64,000 nt of DNA from Octopus sinensis. Its lineage: Eukaryota. The notes under the pieces are model-generated. The model did not search any database, had not been told where the DNA came from, and saw nothing but the letters and a program-made list of their open reading frames with translations. Location: assembly GCF_006345805.1 (NCBI RefSeq), contig NC_042997.1:184760001-184824000 (forward strand), written 5' to 3'. How positions within the stretch are numbered: position 1 is the stretch's first letter; every line of letters starts with the position of its first letter. Shown one piece after another: positions 22,675-35,694 of this stretch. A program made the translations under genes and the position numbers.

Positions 22675-24360
22675 GTTATAACCGCTTCTAAGCTTTAGTT
22701 GGGGCAATTTCGTTTGACCATAACCCTGAAGACCCCAAATCAGGCGGCCACATGGTTTTGTGTTTCTGACTCATTCACTGGCATCGTTATTTCCCTCGTT
22801 ATTTTTAGCCATAAGCACAAAATAATGTAGCTATTTGCGCTATACACTTCTAGAGCTATATTCTCAAACGAAATCACGCCCATTAAAACGGACATACGGG
22901 TTCAATGGCTTAATACGTAACGTTTTTCTTATTTTGTGGTGTTTCATGCATTTAACATTGCCAAGTATTCGAAGATTGTTTTCTGGTTTGTTTAATCTCT
23001 TACGAAATTTAATTTTCTCACAAAAGAAAAGAATAAATATAAAAAACACAATAATCATTATTTAAGGGTTTCTTGAATCATGGAAGGCATTTGAATGTTT
23101 CCTCATGGGTAGTAATTTAGGTAAACGCTGATCTATATTGTTTTGACAGTTTTTCATAATTTGTAATTTGAGCTGTACTGTATTTATCCTACACTTGGTG
23201 ATTGTACCCACTTCTGCGATATTCAGAAGTCCCTTTTATAGCTACGGTGTTTTGAATTTGATCCCAATGCCCCGCTCCATATAGTAGTGTCTTCCATCAT
23301 AACTTCAGGTAGTATACTGCTTTGAGGGTGATATTTTGGCTTAAAAAACTGTGTGGAAGAGGAATGAAAAGATCGCTCATTTTGCTGGGCGGTATACACC
23401 ATATTGTCTTCCCTTTTAACACATTCACATTGCCATTGGTTTAGAGTGCCTCAACTAGGTTCGGAGGCTCCGGACATGGCGCTACGTTTTACCTTTGACT
23501 AAACCATTAAAAATATCTATTGATATAAAAATATTTGTGGATATGTGAAAAAATCACGTACTCGGCAGGTTTCTCCAACCTATTATTGATAGTTGCTGTA
23601 TACAGAACCGTATTGATCGTCGAAAGTCTCAATAAGATTTTGCGATAATGTCGATATATTTCCTTGGTTTCGTCAAAAAACTCTTTTATTTGAGCTGAGT
23701 AAACTTCTCGTCCATCTGACGATTTTTTTCAATGTATATATTTTACAGTTATATACATATCATACAAGTTTTCCTTGTAGATATAATGAATGTTGAATGG
23801 TAGTGATAATGATAATGTTGGCTCGGTGATCGCTTTCCTCAATAACTGACAGCTTTTGATTCGTGTTAAATATTTAATGTTTTTGAATACTGACTGACAT
23901 TACAAAAGTGTGTTATAACAATTTTGAATATAAATGTTGGACTTGAGATGTCTGTAACTTAAGATATTTCGATGCGAAGTGATTTATTTTCAGGTATATA
24001 CCATACACATAGGAGTTTAATCGTTCTTATACCTGGGTATTCAGTAAAAGCGAAATGTTGGTGTAAAGGGAAATGTTTTGCTTTAATACCTGAGGCATCA
24101 TCGGCAGCCAAACAAGTTGATATTCAAGTCTGTCATGATATTAAGCGTATTATCTAGAAACATCCTTGGTTAATAAATGGAGCTTTTATAACAGAAATTC
24201 CAATTATAAACTATATATATATATATATATATGCATGTGTGTGTATGTATATATATACATATATATGTACATACATACACACACACAAACACACACACAC
24301 ATATATCATTCACTTTAGAGTTATCTATACAGATTTTCTGTAGAATTGAGAGTCCGCCCT

Positions 24361-25265
24361 ATGTACATACCAGATACCAGGAATGAATATTTGATATCTA
24401 AATTAATCTATGCAATAGTGTTACAACGCTAAACTTAGTGACTACTTAAACACTGTGTTCGTGGATGGTTAATGGGATGCAAGCGGTTCTGAGCAGAATA
24501 ACTATCGAAATATGCATATACACCTATTACATAATATTGTATCTTCGATCGCGTTGTTTACGTAGATATATTCGTATACGTGACAACGTAACCTTCAGTG
24601 CCGTCTTTAAATCCTTATATATAAAAGAGAGGTTGTGTGCTGTCTGTCTCCTACAATTTAGATTCCTAACTACTCCCACATAGTCGTGATTCATATCGAG
24701 CCCTTCTGGGTATTAGCGCGCGTCTACGATGAGTCTACGATTTAAAAAAAGATTTACCATCAATTTTTCCCATTTTAAATGCATTTTTGGCATATATAAG
24801 GGAAGTAACTCTCTTAAAATTTATTATTAAATCTCAGAACGTAAAAAGCTACAATAACACCCCCGCCCCTTTGTGGTTATCCATATTGAGATGGCTATTA
24901 TACTTTACATCTCTAAAAATGCTTATATAGTTATTTCCCTTACAAACCCGAGCAACGCCGGGCGATACTGCTAGTTCTATATAAAATTTGTAGAGATTGA
25001 ATCGCACTGTCAACACAAATGAAGGACACAGTATTGACTTATAAATATTTAAATTACTCAGCAGTGTATTATGGCTCCGAAAAGAAATGCGGTATCCCTA
25101 CTAGTAATTAATATGTACGTACATTTTGCCAGGAATGTCTTTAATATGTAAATTGATCTATCCAGAAGTGTTACAGTGCTAAGCTTAGTGGCTCTTTAAG
25201 CGACGCGTTCATGGAAGGTTAATGGGCTGGTTGTGGATGAAATATGTATACACACCTGTTACATA
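24361..25265 (+). repeat. Diverged direct repeat (24361-24533 and 25113-25265) bracketing a Helitron
   Basis: Shared blocks CCAGGAATG, AGTGTTACA..GCTAA.CTTAGTG, GTTC.TGGA.GGTTAATGGG, CACCT.TTACATA. Confidence 0.75.
24612..24974 (+). mobile_element. Non-autonomous Helitron, complete
   Basis: A|TCCTTATATATAAAAG 5' end, hairpin CCCGAGCAACGCCGGG, CTAG|T 3' end. Confidence 0.87.
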
Positions 25266-25368
25266 GGAGATATATAACAGACTGACAAAAACAAACGGAG
25301 TATTCAATTGATAGTAGTAAAGTGACCAGGACAATCACCATCTCAGGAAAGACACAGCGAGCTGCGAA

Positions 25369-25497
25369 TACCTATTTATTTATTACCCACAAGGGGCTAA
25401 ACACAGAGAGGACAAACAAGGACAGACAAACGGATTAAGTCGATTATATCGACCCCAGTGCGTAACTGGTACTTATTTAATCGACCCCAAAAGGATG
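25369..25497 (-). mobile_element. SINE family B, 5'-truncated
   Basis: 3' half only; tail followed by GGTATT. Confidence 0.85.
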
Positions 25498-25499
25498 GG

Positions 25500-25735
25500 A
25501 ACTGATCACCGTCCTATACGGCACTGGGTCGTCATTTACTTAACATTTCCATCTATAAAGTCTTGAAATTTCCGGCCATCGTTGCTTCTGCGCCCTATTG
25601 GAGTAGGTCCTACATGTAGAAGCCACTGGCGTCAAGGCCTTGCTACCAAAATCACAGCTGCACTGGAAAGACGCATATTCAGGTGATCACTACCTGCCCA
25701 AGATTATGCTATATAGGGAATTCTACATTTCTATT
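25500..25735 (+). pseudogene. RTE (BovB-like) ORF C-terminal fragment
   Basis: LITVLYG..LEISGHRCF..GVKALLPKSQLHW..HYLPKIMLYRE resembles RTE TTLLYG..HQRCLR..QLRWAGH..LPKIVLYGE. Confidence 0.6.
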
Positions 25736-26581
25736 ATTGCAGAGGGGAATAAAAACCCCGATGCCATAATATCAACAGTGTTGTATTATAACTCCCAATC
25801 AGGAAAATTGGAGACATAATATTTAACATTCAATTTCTTTCCAGACTGTACAAAGGACTTTATTTGAAGAAAGTTAAAATCTATTAAGAACTCAGCAATA
25901 TCCAGTCCTGAACTGGATATTATCCAGTCCTGAACAAAATTTGATTTGTAACCACTGCGACAGGTTTGCCTTTTATATATTCACTCGTGGAGTGGGCAGC
26001 GGGCCTACGGTCTACGTGGGCAGCTCCGATTATGAAACAATGAATCGAGCCATGCCGCATACAAACACCTACAAAGGTAATTCGTATGAAAAATGCATGT
26101 AACTATATCTGTAAGAATATAACAATGGGTGTACGGATGAGTGTGTGTGTATAGTGGTATGAATGTGAAACTGTGTGTGAATAACGATTTGTGTATCTGC
26201 GCATATACATACTGGTGAATATTGTCGTTTAAAATACCAATGCCATTTGAGTAGTGGCATCTGTTTGCATGTGCATAGAAGGAATAGGAAGAGGCAAAAG
26301 GAGAAAGAGAGTGTAAAATATAGAACGGAAGCGAGGAGGTGTGAGGGAGGAAGAAATAATGTTAGAAAAGTACGAAATATATAAAATAAGAATGCATAGA
26401 GATAAATAATGATTTATTGATATGAAAGAATTCTACAGTTAGACAAGGTATGTAGAAAAATACGAGCGAAAAAAACGACAAAAACAAACAGGAGATAAAG
26501 AGTCAAAGAGAGGAGAAAATACGAAGCAGATTTAATAGGAAGATTCGGAGACTGATATACGTATTAACGAAGAAAAAAAAA

Positions 26582-26600
26582 ATGCAGGCACACACACACG

Positions 26601-26678
<78 letters not shown>

Positions 26679-26775
26679 ACACACACACATACCCACAACA
26701 CACACACGCGTACATACTGATGGATAGATAGCTACACAAAGATATATCATGTGTATGTGTGTGTATATATATATA

Positions 26776-26869
<94 letters not shown>

Positions 26870-26911
26870 TATATATATATATTATATTATATTATATATA
26901 TAATTATATAT

Positions 26912-26945
<34 letters not shown>

Positions 26946-27347
26946 ATATATATTATATATATATATATTATATATATATATTATATATAATATTATATAT
27001 ATATTATATATATATATTATATATATAATATATATATATTATATATATATATTATTATATATATATTATATATATATTATATATATATTATATATATATT
27101 ATATATATATATATTATATATATATATATATAATATATTATATATATATATATATTATATATATATATATATTATATTATAATATATATATATATATAAT
27201 ATATATATATATCATATATATATAAATATCATATATATATATATACATATTATATATATATTATATATAATATATATATTATATATATATATTATATATA
27301 TATTATATATATATATAATATATATTATATATATATATTATATATAT

Positions 27348-27381
<34 letters not shown>

Positions 27382-27420
27382 ATACATACATGTATGTATG
27401 TATGTATGTATGTATGTATG
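26582..27420. repeat. (CA)n, about 620 bp interrupted (TA)n and (TATG)n compound array
   Basis: Directly visible. Confidence 0.97.
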
Positions 27421-28052
27421 GTGATAAATCTGATCGGGCAATATTATTTATCATTCATCACATCTTTCTGTCAATAAACAATCGGAAGGAACTCTCTTGA
27501 AGAATTTCTCTGACTTCAAGAGTCATATTTTATCACTGACGTTTCCCTGCAGTTTATTACATATCTCAGAGATATTTACGAAAGACTGGATAAATATATG
27601 TTTAGAAGGCAGATGGAACAGTTTGAAGTTGATGCTATTCACTGTCATTCCACTGACTCTGTTATCAGGAATTCAATCAACAGATTCCGAGAAACTTGAT
27701 ATACAATTTCGCCTTTATCGCTTGTAATTTTAGCTGGTCGAACTGATGTTTCTGACTATTTTTATCCTGTATATGAATAGAGGAGGAAAACGCGTGTGTA
27801 TAGAAAGGAGAAAAAAAAAACTGTTGAACATCTTTTATAAGAAAAAAAGCGTAATATATAGATGAACCTCCAATTATGTGTATGATCTACACACACATTC
27901 ACGCGCGCGCACACACACACACTTCTTTTATGAAGCATGTATATACTGAGTTCCAACGCCAGGTTATTAGTATCGCCATACCTATATATATATATATATA
28001 TATATAAGAAAACAAAGTGTACGTACGCCGCTATATATATATATATATATAT

Positions 28053-28272
28053 GTAGTTAATCCAAACATGAAAACACAAAGAGAAAACACACCAACGCGA
28101 GGACGTGGAACTAGTATAGTGTTACAGGACGCTCAGGAAAGGAAAGAAAGAAGGTGGATTTAACGTTTCGAGCGGAGCTCTTCGTCAGAAACATAGGGAA
28201 AGGAAAGATACAAGGAAGGTAAGACGGAGGGAAAAAATCGCCAACGGTACACACGCGGTCACATTTTGAATC
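28053..28272 (-). repeat. Penelope-type terminal repeat (family H2) flanked by (TA)n on both sides
   Basis: Shares GAAGAGC..GCTCGAAACGT and TTCCTGAGCG motifs with family H1. Confidence 0.7.
28158..28192 (-). ncRNA. Minimal hammerhead ribozyme motif with canonical core
   Basis: GTTT-CTGACGA-A-GAGC TCC GCTC-GAAA-CGT-T-AAAT: CUGANGA core, 4-bp stem II, palindromic ACGT stem III, weak stem I. Confidence 0.6.
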
Positions 28273-28303
<31 letters not shown>

Positions 28304-28426
28304 ATAATGGGACAAGAACGCAAAACATCCAGATAACTAGGTCATACAAAAAGGGACAACAAAACATCCGGATAGACGATACAAAAAAACAAGGACATAT
28401 ATTATATATATATATTATATATATAT

Positions 28427-28536
28427 ATTGGCCTGCTCGCTTAGCCAGTGAGGTGGCGTCATTTGAAGGCTAAAACAATGCGAAGCGTATCGTGACCAGC
28501 GATGTGTAGCAACATCTGATAGCCTGGTCGTTCACA

Positions 28537-28540
<4 letters not shown>
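28427..28540 (+). mobile_element. SINE tail type 3 (5'-truncated)
   Basis: Matches the 3' part of 56975-57264 in opposite orientation; ends in (TA)n. Confidence 0.8.
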
Positions 28541-28612
<72 letters not shown>

Positions 28613-28768
28613 TGTATGTGTGTGTGTATGTATATATCAAAATAAGCAACAAGGATATCTAGAGGTAATGCAGTACGATCGTTTCATGCGACTACACTTA
28701 ATTGAACAATGTAATCATTTCATTACATCAATTTAAAATGTAAATCAATTTTCTGCTGCACAAAGACA

Positions 28769-29285
28769 TAGAATTTGATTAAATTAGAAGGACACATTGG
28801 TATAATTTTATCCAAAATCTCCAAGAGGATAAGGAGATGGACAAAGAACATATTTTACCAACATCACAGTTGTAACTGAATTTTTTTCAAGAAGACACTG
28901 CCTAGCATTGGTCTGCTTAATAGCAGCCAACATCTTGTTTGAAGCATTCTCTTACTAAACCTCATGACATTGCTTCAAATAAATCTTGATTTATGACTAT
29001 GCCACTTAGAATGTCTGTCTACTCCACCAACTCTACCCCACCCAAAACAGATACTACCCTCTGTCTTCTCTCACATTTGATAAACTAGTATATAAAATAA
29101 AAACTGACCGCCCCCCCGATTTAAAACTAAATAACAGAAAAATCAGTGAAAAGCAGTGTCCTCTTGAAAACATTTCAGTTACAACTGTGATGTTGTTGGT
29201 AAAACATGTTCTTTGTCTATCTTCCTTTCCCCTTGGAGATTTTGGATAGAATTATAACAATGTGTCCTAATTTAATTAAATTCTA
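28769..29285. mobile_element. Foldback MITE with about 134-bp terminal inverted repeats and possible TA TSD
   Basis: 28768-28901 is the diverged reverse complement of 29153-29286; TA at 28769-70 and 29284-85. Confidence 0.85.
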
Positions 29286-29614
29286 TATATTGCAAGTTAT
29301 TCCCTTACATTGAATTGAACATATATTAGAAATGGTTGTTAACTTTCAAGTAGACGATAAAGCTGTTTTCTTCTGGCCAATATTATAATGGGTGCAAATA
29401 AACTTCTGATCTATTATAGTATTTCGGTCTTTAAATGAAGTAAGCATCGCAAAGACTTTGGTTTATATAAATATTCGAGGAAAACTAAAAACATATGTAC
29501 TATAATTTATTAAACTTTAGTATTATATCAAGCAAAAATATTAATACCTTTTCTTAGACGAATATAGTGTGATGCTGACAATATCAATTGAAAGTTATAA
29601 TCTTTATGCAAATT

Positions 29615-31560
29615 TTAGGTTGTTGATCTCATGTTAAAAAATTCCTTATAGACAATGCTTCGGGGTTTGCCGGTAGGCGCAAAAACGAAAAGATTGTTCT
29701 TGCTCCCCACTCTGGATGTCCGAATATATAACTGACCGTGTGAGAAACAGTTCTCGTCTAACTGCAAGCCAGCAACTTTCAAAGTCTGACCATGAGACTT
29801 ATTAATGGACATTAAAAAAGGCAGACGTATTGGAAATAGAAGGTATTAAGGGTAAGCGAAGAATAAAAACATTTTCTTTCCCACAACCAGAAATTATTGT
29901 GGCCTGTATGACATGTCTCATTAATTTCTTGGCAACAAGTCTTGGACCATTGCACGGCTTTGGCTGAGAAATGTTGCGTAGAAGCATGATTAAAACGCCT
30001 ATTTTCAATGGAAGGAAATGAGGTGGAGCGCCTGGTGGCTGCAGTGAGTTTAACAACTCAACCGGCTAATTGATTATTTCCGATTCATCCACAATAGTCT
30101 ATAGATTTGTACGTATGTTCGTTTCCTGGTAAAAGTTTCTCGAGTCTTTCATTTAAATTATTCAGAATAACGTTCGTTGGTTTCATGATTGCTCTTTTGC
30201 ACAATCAAGCAGCATTTGTGTAATTTAAAATTATACTTGCAAAAACTTTTTAAATAAGTTTACCAACCAAGCTGACCAAGGTGTAGATTTTTGATGGATT
30301 CAAGACATCTTCATGATTGATATTTAGCCTTCCTCCTACAAGTTTCAAAACAGTATGGGCAAATTGTCCCGACAGATGATCCCCACGCAAGTGTGCCTTC
30401 ATGTTTGTAGAAAGCTTTAACACTTTGATGATATGTTTCCATAAAATAGAAGATTTCAAGCATGCTTTCAATTCATCCGCCTTTACTCCCCTGGGAATCA
30501 CTGGCAAAGTTTGTCTGAAATCGCCTGAAAGTGCTACTGCCACACTTCGCATCACACAACTGGAATTGCGCAAATCCTGCAGCATTCTGTAAACAGCTAC
30601 TGATTTCTTATGGGACATTGTAGCTTCGTCCCATATGATCAAAGAACATTTCATGGGAACTTGAACTAAAGAAGATATTTTACTAATATTGCAGACAGGT
30701 TCATCGTTTGACGTTAGATTGAATGGTAGCTTGAAAACTGCGCGATCTCTTCGACCTCCTGGGAGTAAAGTCGCAGCAATTCCAGAGTTCGCTACAGCTA
30801 AAACTATTTCCTTTTTTTTGCCGGGCTTTAGCTAGCACTAAATTTGTAACAAAAGATTTTCCAGTTCATCCTGGTGCGTCTAAAAAATATAATCTTCCTC
30901 TCTTAACTGTCACTTGCTCAATCATTGCTAAATATACAAATTGCTGATCTGGCAAAAGTTTCGGGACATTTTCTTCAAGGAATCAATATCATATAAAGTT
31001 TCTCGCAAAACTTCTGTGATCAAAATATTCACCTCATTTCGATGAACTTCTGTTAAGCCAAACCTTCTGAGCTCCTTCCCCTCCCCTGAGACAACGCGAT
31101 CTTCAATATCAACCAATGCAGAATTTTATATGCCCTCGTTGAATGCTATTTCCCTGTCAGGGAATCTTAATTTAGCTTGATATTTGTAGTCTTCTGATAA
31201 ATCATTCTTATATTTGTTCCACAACGCTAATAGATTACTTACCTCACAATTCAGGAGAAGAATCGCCAAACGATCTCCCAAAGAAATAGGTGTGCGTGAC
31301 ACTGAAGCCTCAGCCTTTGATCTATCCCACTGATTGTCGTTTTCTAACAAATTTAAGGCTAAAAAGACTTCTCTATAAGTACGGACAGTTTGACCATCAA
31401 TCGTTCTTAGGAAGGAGAAGGAACTCGGTCATCTTATTTCATGAAGAAGCAGCCTCAAAACGAAAGATTGTTAGTGACTCGGATGCAGAGAGTAAACTCT
31501 TCCGATTGTCGAGTCAAATAATTTTATACTTGAATGACCCTAAACGTCAGCTCCTCCAAT
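29615..31560 (-). pseudogene. Helitron RepHel remnant: end of Rep region plus PIF1 helicase
   Basis: IGRVYSLHP..LRLLLHE, LLENDNQW, LDAPG*TGKS (Walker A), LIIWDEATM (Walker B), [50 protein letters not shown]; many frameshifts and stops. Confidence 0.93.
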
Positions 31561-32304
31561 ATAAAGTAATGGAGGTTATTAGTGTTATACACGCACTCAC
31601 ACATACACACACACACATGCACATACACACATACACTGACAGACAAATAGACAGACAGAAACACACACACACAACGACACACGTTATTATGCGTGTCGTT
31701 ATATTACATGTATAGCATATCTAGAGAAGAGTGCCACACCGAATTTGTTTCTTCCTATGTTTAGGGAAAATGGGTGTTTTCAAATGAAAAATTGTACAAA
31801 CATGATTAAGTGAGATAGGAAATCGACAGCTGACCTCATAAATTCTGATGTGGAATACGTGAAAGAAAGGAAAAATGTGAGAGTGAAATCTAAGTTATGG
31901 CTTCTATTCTGAAGGTATACAGGGATTAAAACGAAAGTGATCTTCTACGATTTCTGTTATGAAGGTAGGCAGCAAAAAAAGATATAAATATAGAACGAAT
32001 GTAAAATAATATTTTACGGCGATGCTGATGCACCACTTATAACGACAGTACATCAGCATGGCCGCAGCTCTGAGCTGAAACTAGAGAGAAAAAATACCTA
32101 TATCAATATGAAATACTGGAGCTTATTACAGTTATACATCTATCCACACACATACGTTATTATTTGTGTAGTTATATTACACATATGGCATAACTACAGA
32201 AGTGTGCCCCACCGTATTTTGAAATAAAATGTAGAAATATAATAATCCTATAAAAATTATGTCCCTTAGGCAGGATATTTATTTTTAATTTGGTTTAATT
32301 TGGG

Positions 32305-33165
32305 TTCCCAGCAATCCTCCTCAAATCGTGCAAACATGCCCTGGCAAAACCACTATAGATTATCTTCCTGAGTTTACTTGCAAATGGTAAGCTACCAAGC
32401 AAATTGAAGGAGGAAATAATAAGCCCAATCCATAAAGGAGGAAGCAGATGCCAAAAGTTATAGGTCTATTTCTCTGACTTCACACATCAGCAACGTCATG
32501 GAACGAATAGTCAGGGCGAAATTAATCTCATTCCTTGAAGAAAATAACTTGCTGAGTGATACCCAGCATGGTTTTCGACCAGGTAGGAGCTGTGTCAGGC
32601 AGCTCCTACATCACTATGACTGGGTGTTGAAGCAGTTGCTCGATAACTCAAATGTGGACGTAATATAACTTGACTTTGCAAAAGATTTTGATAAAGTTGA
32701 TCATGGTATGATATGCTACAAACTGCGCAATTTTGGCATAGCTGGAAAACTTAGGGAGTGGTTACATGACATTTTGAAAGGTAGAAGTTAGGCATTAGTA
32801 ACCAATAGAGTCACTTCAAAGGAAACACAAATAGAGAGTGGTGTTCCACAGGACACTGTCTTAGGACCACTGCTTTTCATAGTGGCCCTCTCAGATATGC
32901 CCTCATCTGCCCAGATAGACACCCTTGCTACTTACACAGATGATACGAAAGTCTCGTAGAAAATTCAAAACCCTAGCGATGTTGCACACCTGCAGCAGGA
33001 ATTGGACGCAATTTACAGATGGGCCGAGGACAATAATATGTAGTTTAATGCCGGAAAATACTAAGCCCTGCGCTATTAACAGCCAAAATTGAACGAAAAA
33101 CTTACAGAGTACACAGTCTTAGAGGGGAATCCAATCCCAGAACCTAAATCACCGCGTGACATGGG
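32305..33165 (+). pseudogene. CR1-clade reverse transcriptase domain (decayed)
   Basis: PIHKGGS..YRSISLTSH..QHGFRPGRSC..LDFAKDFDKVDH..SGVPQDTVLGPLLF..YTDDTK..FNAGKY..RDMG. Confidence 0.93.
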
Positions 33166-33660
33166 AACGGGTAGTGTCAGAGCTATGCTGTCGGGAACTT
33201 CGGTTCCTGGTAGGGCCACCCAAGGCGGATTGGTCGGGCACCGAGTGGTATTAGGGCCACAACCCGGCAGACGGGGCTCTGGTGAAAATCCTCGGAGTGT
33301 CTGTTTCGGTAACTGGCGGCTCCTCGGTCGTTCTGTCCCTGCGTCTGCGGACAATCTGCGGCAAACAGGTTGTCTCTACATGCGGGATTGTTGGAGACCG
33401 CTTGTGAATTCCATATTCCCACGAAACTTCTTCTATGAATTCTCAATGGCACTACTAAATACAATGGGTCCGCAGGTGGTCGGCCCGCGCTGTGACTGGC
33501 TCGCTATCTCCAGTCGGAACCGTGACTGGCTCGCTATCTCCAGTGAACTGGCGCAGGACCGTCGTGTGTGGGCTGCCATGGTTCGAGATGCCTCGAGGGT
33601 GCTAGAAGAAGCCGACCCAACCCGTCCAGGGTGAATGTCGCCACAAGTACAAGTAAGTAA
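33166..33660 (+). mobile_element. Short RTE-derived insertion: inverted 5'-UTR-like part (33166-33464) plus 3' end (33465-33660)
   Basis: 3' part encodes DWLAISSELAQDRRVWAAMVRDA..PTRPG* with a CAAGTA tail; the left part read on minus has GGTGGCCCTACCAGG..CAGCATAGCTCT, which I recall from RTE 5' UTRs. Confidence 0.7.
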
Positions 33661-33838
33661 GAGAACCTTCAAAACCTGAGAAAAGGAAACCATGATGGTC
33701 CTCTGCAGGACATTCGTTCTCAGCTTCCTGGACTGCTGCTCCCAACTATGGTCAGCCCACAGTGTAAAATTACCAGAGGACCATGAAGCAATCCAGCAAA
33801 GCTTCACAAAGAAGATCGTCTCATTGCAATAGCTACTT
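33661..33838 (+). pseudogene. Continuation of the CR1 RT after the insertion
   Basis: RTFKT*EKETMMVLCRTFVLSFLDCCSQLWSAH..AIQQSFTKKI. Confidence 0.85.
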
Positions 33839-33874
33839 ATTAGGTATTCAGGCATACAGGTATTTTTCAATGAT

Positions 33875-34465
33875 AATGATTATCCAATCATGCGAGATGA
33901 AATTAAAACTGAATTAAGATTCCCGAAAATGGCAGATCAGTAGGAGTTGATGACATCCTAGCAGAAATACTGTTGCACAGTGATGAAGAAGCCACGATAC
34001 ACATCGTCGTTATCGCCATCAGCAATAAAATTTGGTAGGCACCAGTTTGACCAATGCCTTAGTCTCAGTCGTTGATCATAGTTCTTCACAAAAAAAGACA
34101 ATCTCTAACTATGCCACAATTACCGTATCATCGTAGCAAGATTAGTCATCCTAAATAGACCAAAACTTAAAGCAGAAAATATGTTTGCTGAAAAACAGTT
34201 TTCTGTAAAAGTACATCGTTGAGCTGGTCTTGAAACTTCGCACACTTTTAGAAATACCTTCGGTGTAAACTATCCCTATATGATGCCTTCAAAGACTTTA
34301 AGATGGCTTTGAAAGAGTTGGCACAATGCTCTGTGGACTACAATGAAAATATTCAACATGGATTTGAACTAACAGCTGTACACCAAGCAGCCGTTGTAGT
34401 ACTCATTCAACGCACTATCGAGGATTGGTTCCTTACAATCGTAGGAGACCGTGAGGAACCTACGT
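33875..34465 (+). pseudogene. RTE-clade RT fragment (decayed)
   Basis: GRSVGVDDILAE..NKIW..SQSLIIVLHKK..ILNR.KLKAE..WHNALWTTM..QLY, with frameshifts. Confidence 0.75.
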
Positions 34466-35099
34466 CCCCACTCTCTTAACCTCTTGGAACATATTATGAG
34501 TTTAATATGTGGAAAAAATCAGCATTGGTGGAAGAATTATCATAAGTTTCCTTTCTTTTGATGTCATTGTGGTGTGTATGTATAAACATATACATACATA
34601 TTTGTTGTTCTCTCGTGATAATTCAAGCACCCTAACTTATGTATCACTCTTTTTTTCTGCAAGGAAGAGTGCATTTTGATAATTTACATACGCAGATAAT
34701 TTATGATGAGTGAATTTGACAGTAAAAGTTGAGAAATAAATGAAACCAGAAAAAGAATCAGTTATAATAGGCAAGAAAAATTGTCATTTAACATCCGACA
34801 ATTTTGCAACAATATGTAATAGAAAATTTATGCTCCAAAGAAGCAATTATATTACTCGTTTCAATTCTGAAATGTTCTGTTCAAGAGGTCGCATAATGTT
34901 TAATGACACTGTTATATCAGATAATGTCATTAATAATATACTCTCCTATATATAGCTAAAAGAAATCCAAACAACAAATATAGCCATAATGTGAAATGTA
35001 CTTTTAACACAGTTGTTTGTCTACGTAAGGTGATAATCAATTAAGCCAAGAATGGCAACAAGTATTTCGTTTAAAGACAGATTCACAATAATAATAATA

Positions 35100-35480
35100 G
35101 TTTCAGATTTTGGCACAGGGCTTATAATTTTTGGTGGGAGGAGGAAGTCTATTACATCTGTACTTGGCTAGCACCTATTTCTCGAACGGAAGAAAGCAAA
35201 GTCGGCCCCGGCGGAATTTGAACTCAACGTCAAGACGAAAGAAATCTTGCTAAGCACTTTGCCCGATGTTCAAGTACAGACATAAGGCCTGAAATTATTG
35301 GAGGAGTGGGGTTCATTGATTACTTCGATCCCAGTGATCAACTTATACTATTTTATCGACCGCGAAAGCATAAAAGGCAAAGTCGACCTTGGCGGAATTT
35401 GAACCCAGAACAGAAAGACAGACGAAATGCCGTTTAGCATTTTGTCCAGCGTAGTAACAATTCCACCAATTCGCCGCCAG
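35100..35480 (-). mobile_element. Two diverged SINE B copies in tandem
   Basis: GGCAAAGTCG..CGGCGGAATTTGAAC core occurs twice. Confidence 0.75.
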
Positions 35481-35694
35481 TTCAGAATGATAACAATGAC
35501 AAATTGAATAAGTAGAACTTGAAATAATACATTTTCGCACCAACCAAAGGATATTTACGAGTTGCTTCCCCTGCAAAAATAGCCGAATCCTTTTCAGATC
35601 ACAATTTTTCAAAAGTCAATGTACATGAAATTTGTAGTCTTAGATATCATAGGTTTATATAGAAATATGTGGACTGGAATCACTCTGACTATAC

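Noticed and set aside
22690-23720. Possible transposase or viral remnant on the minus strand
   Set aside because: Only scattered short similarities among many stops; no diagnostic motif could be assigned.
26760-27380. Higher-order pattern in the long interrupted (TA)n array
   Set aside because: Irregular single-base phase shifts fit slippage or long-read consensus error; no stable period seen.
33089-33634. 181-aa ORF as a novel gene
   Set aside because: A chimera of CR1 RT, inverted RTE UTR and RTE C-terminus; no coherent protein.
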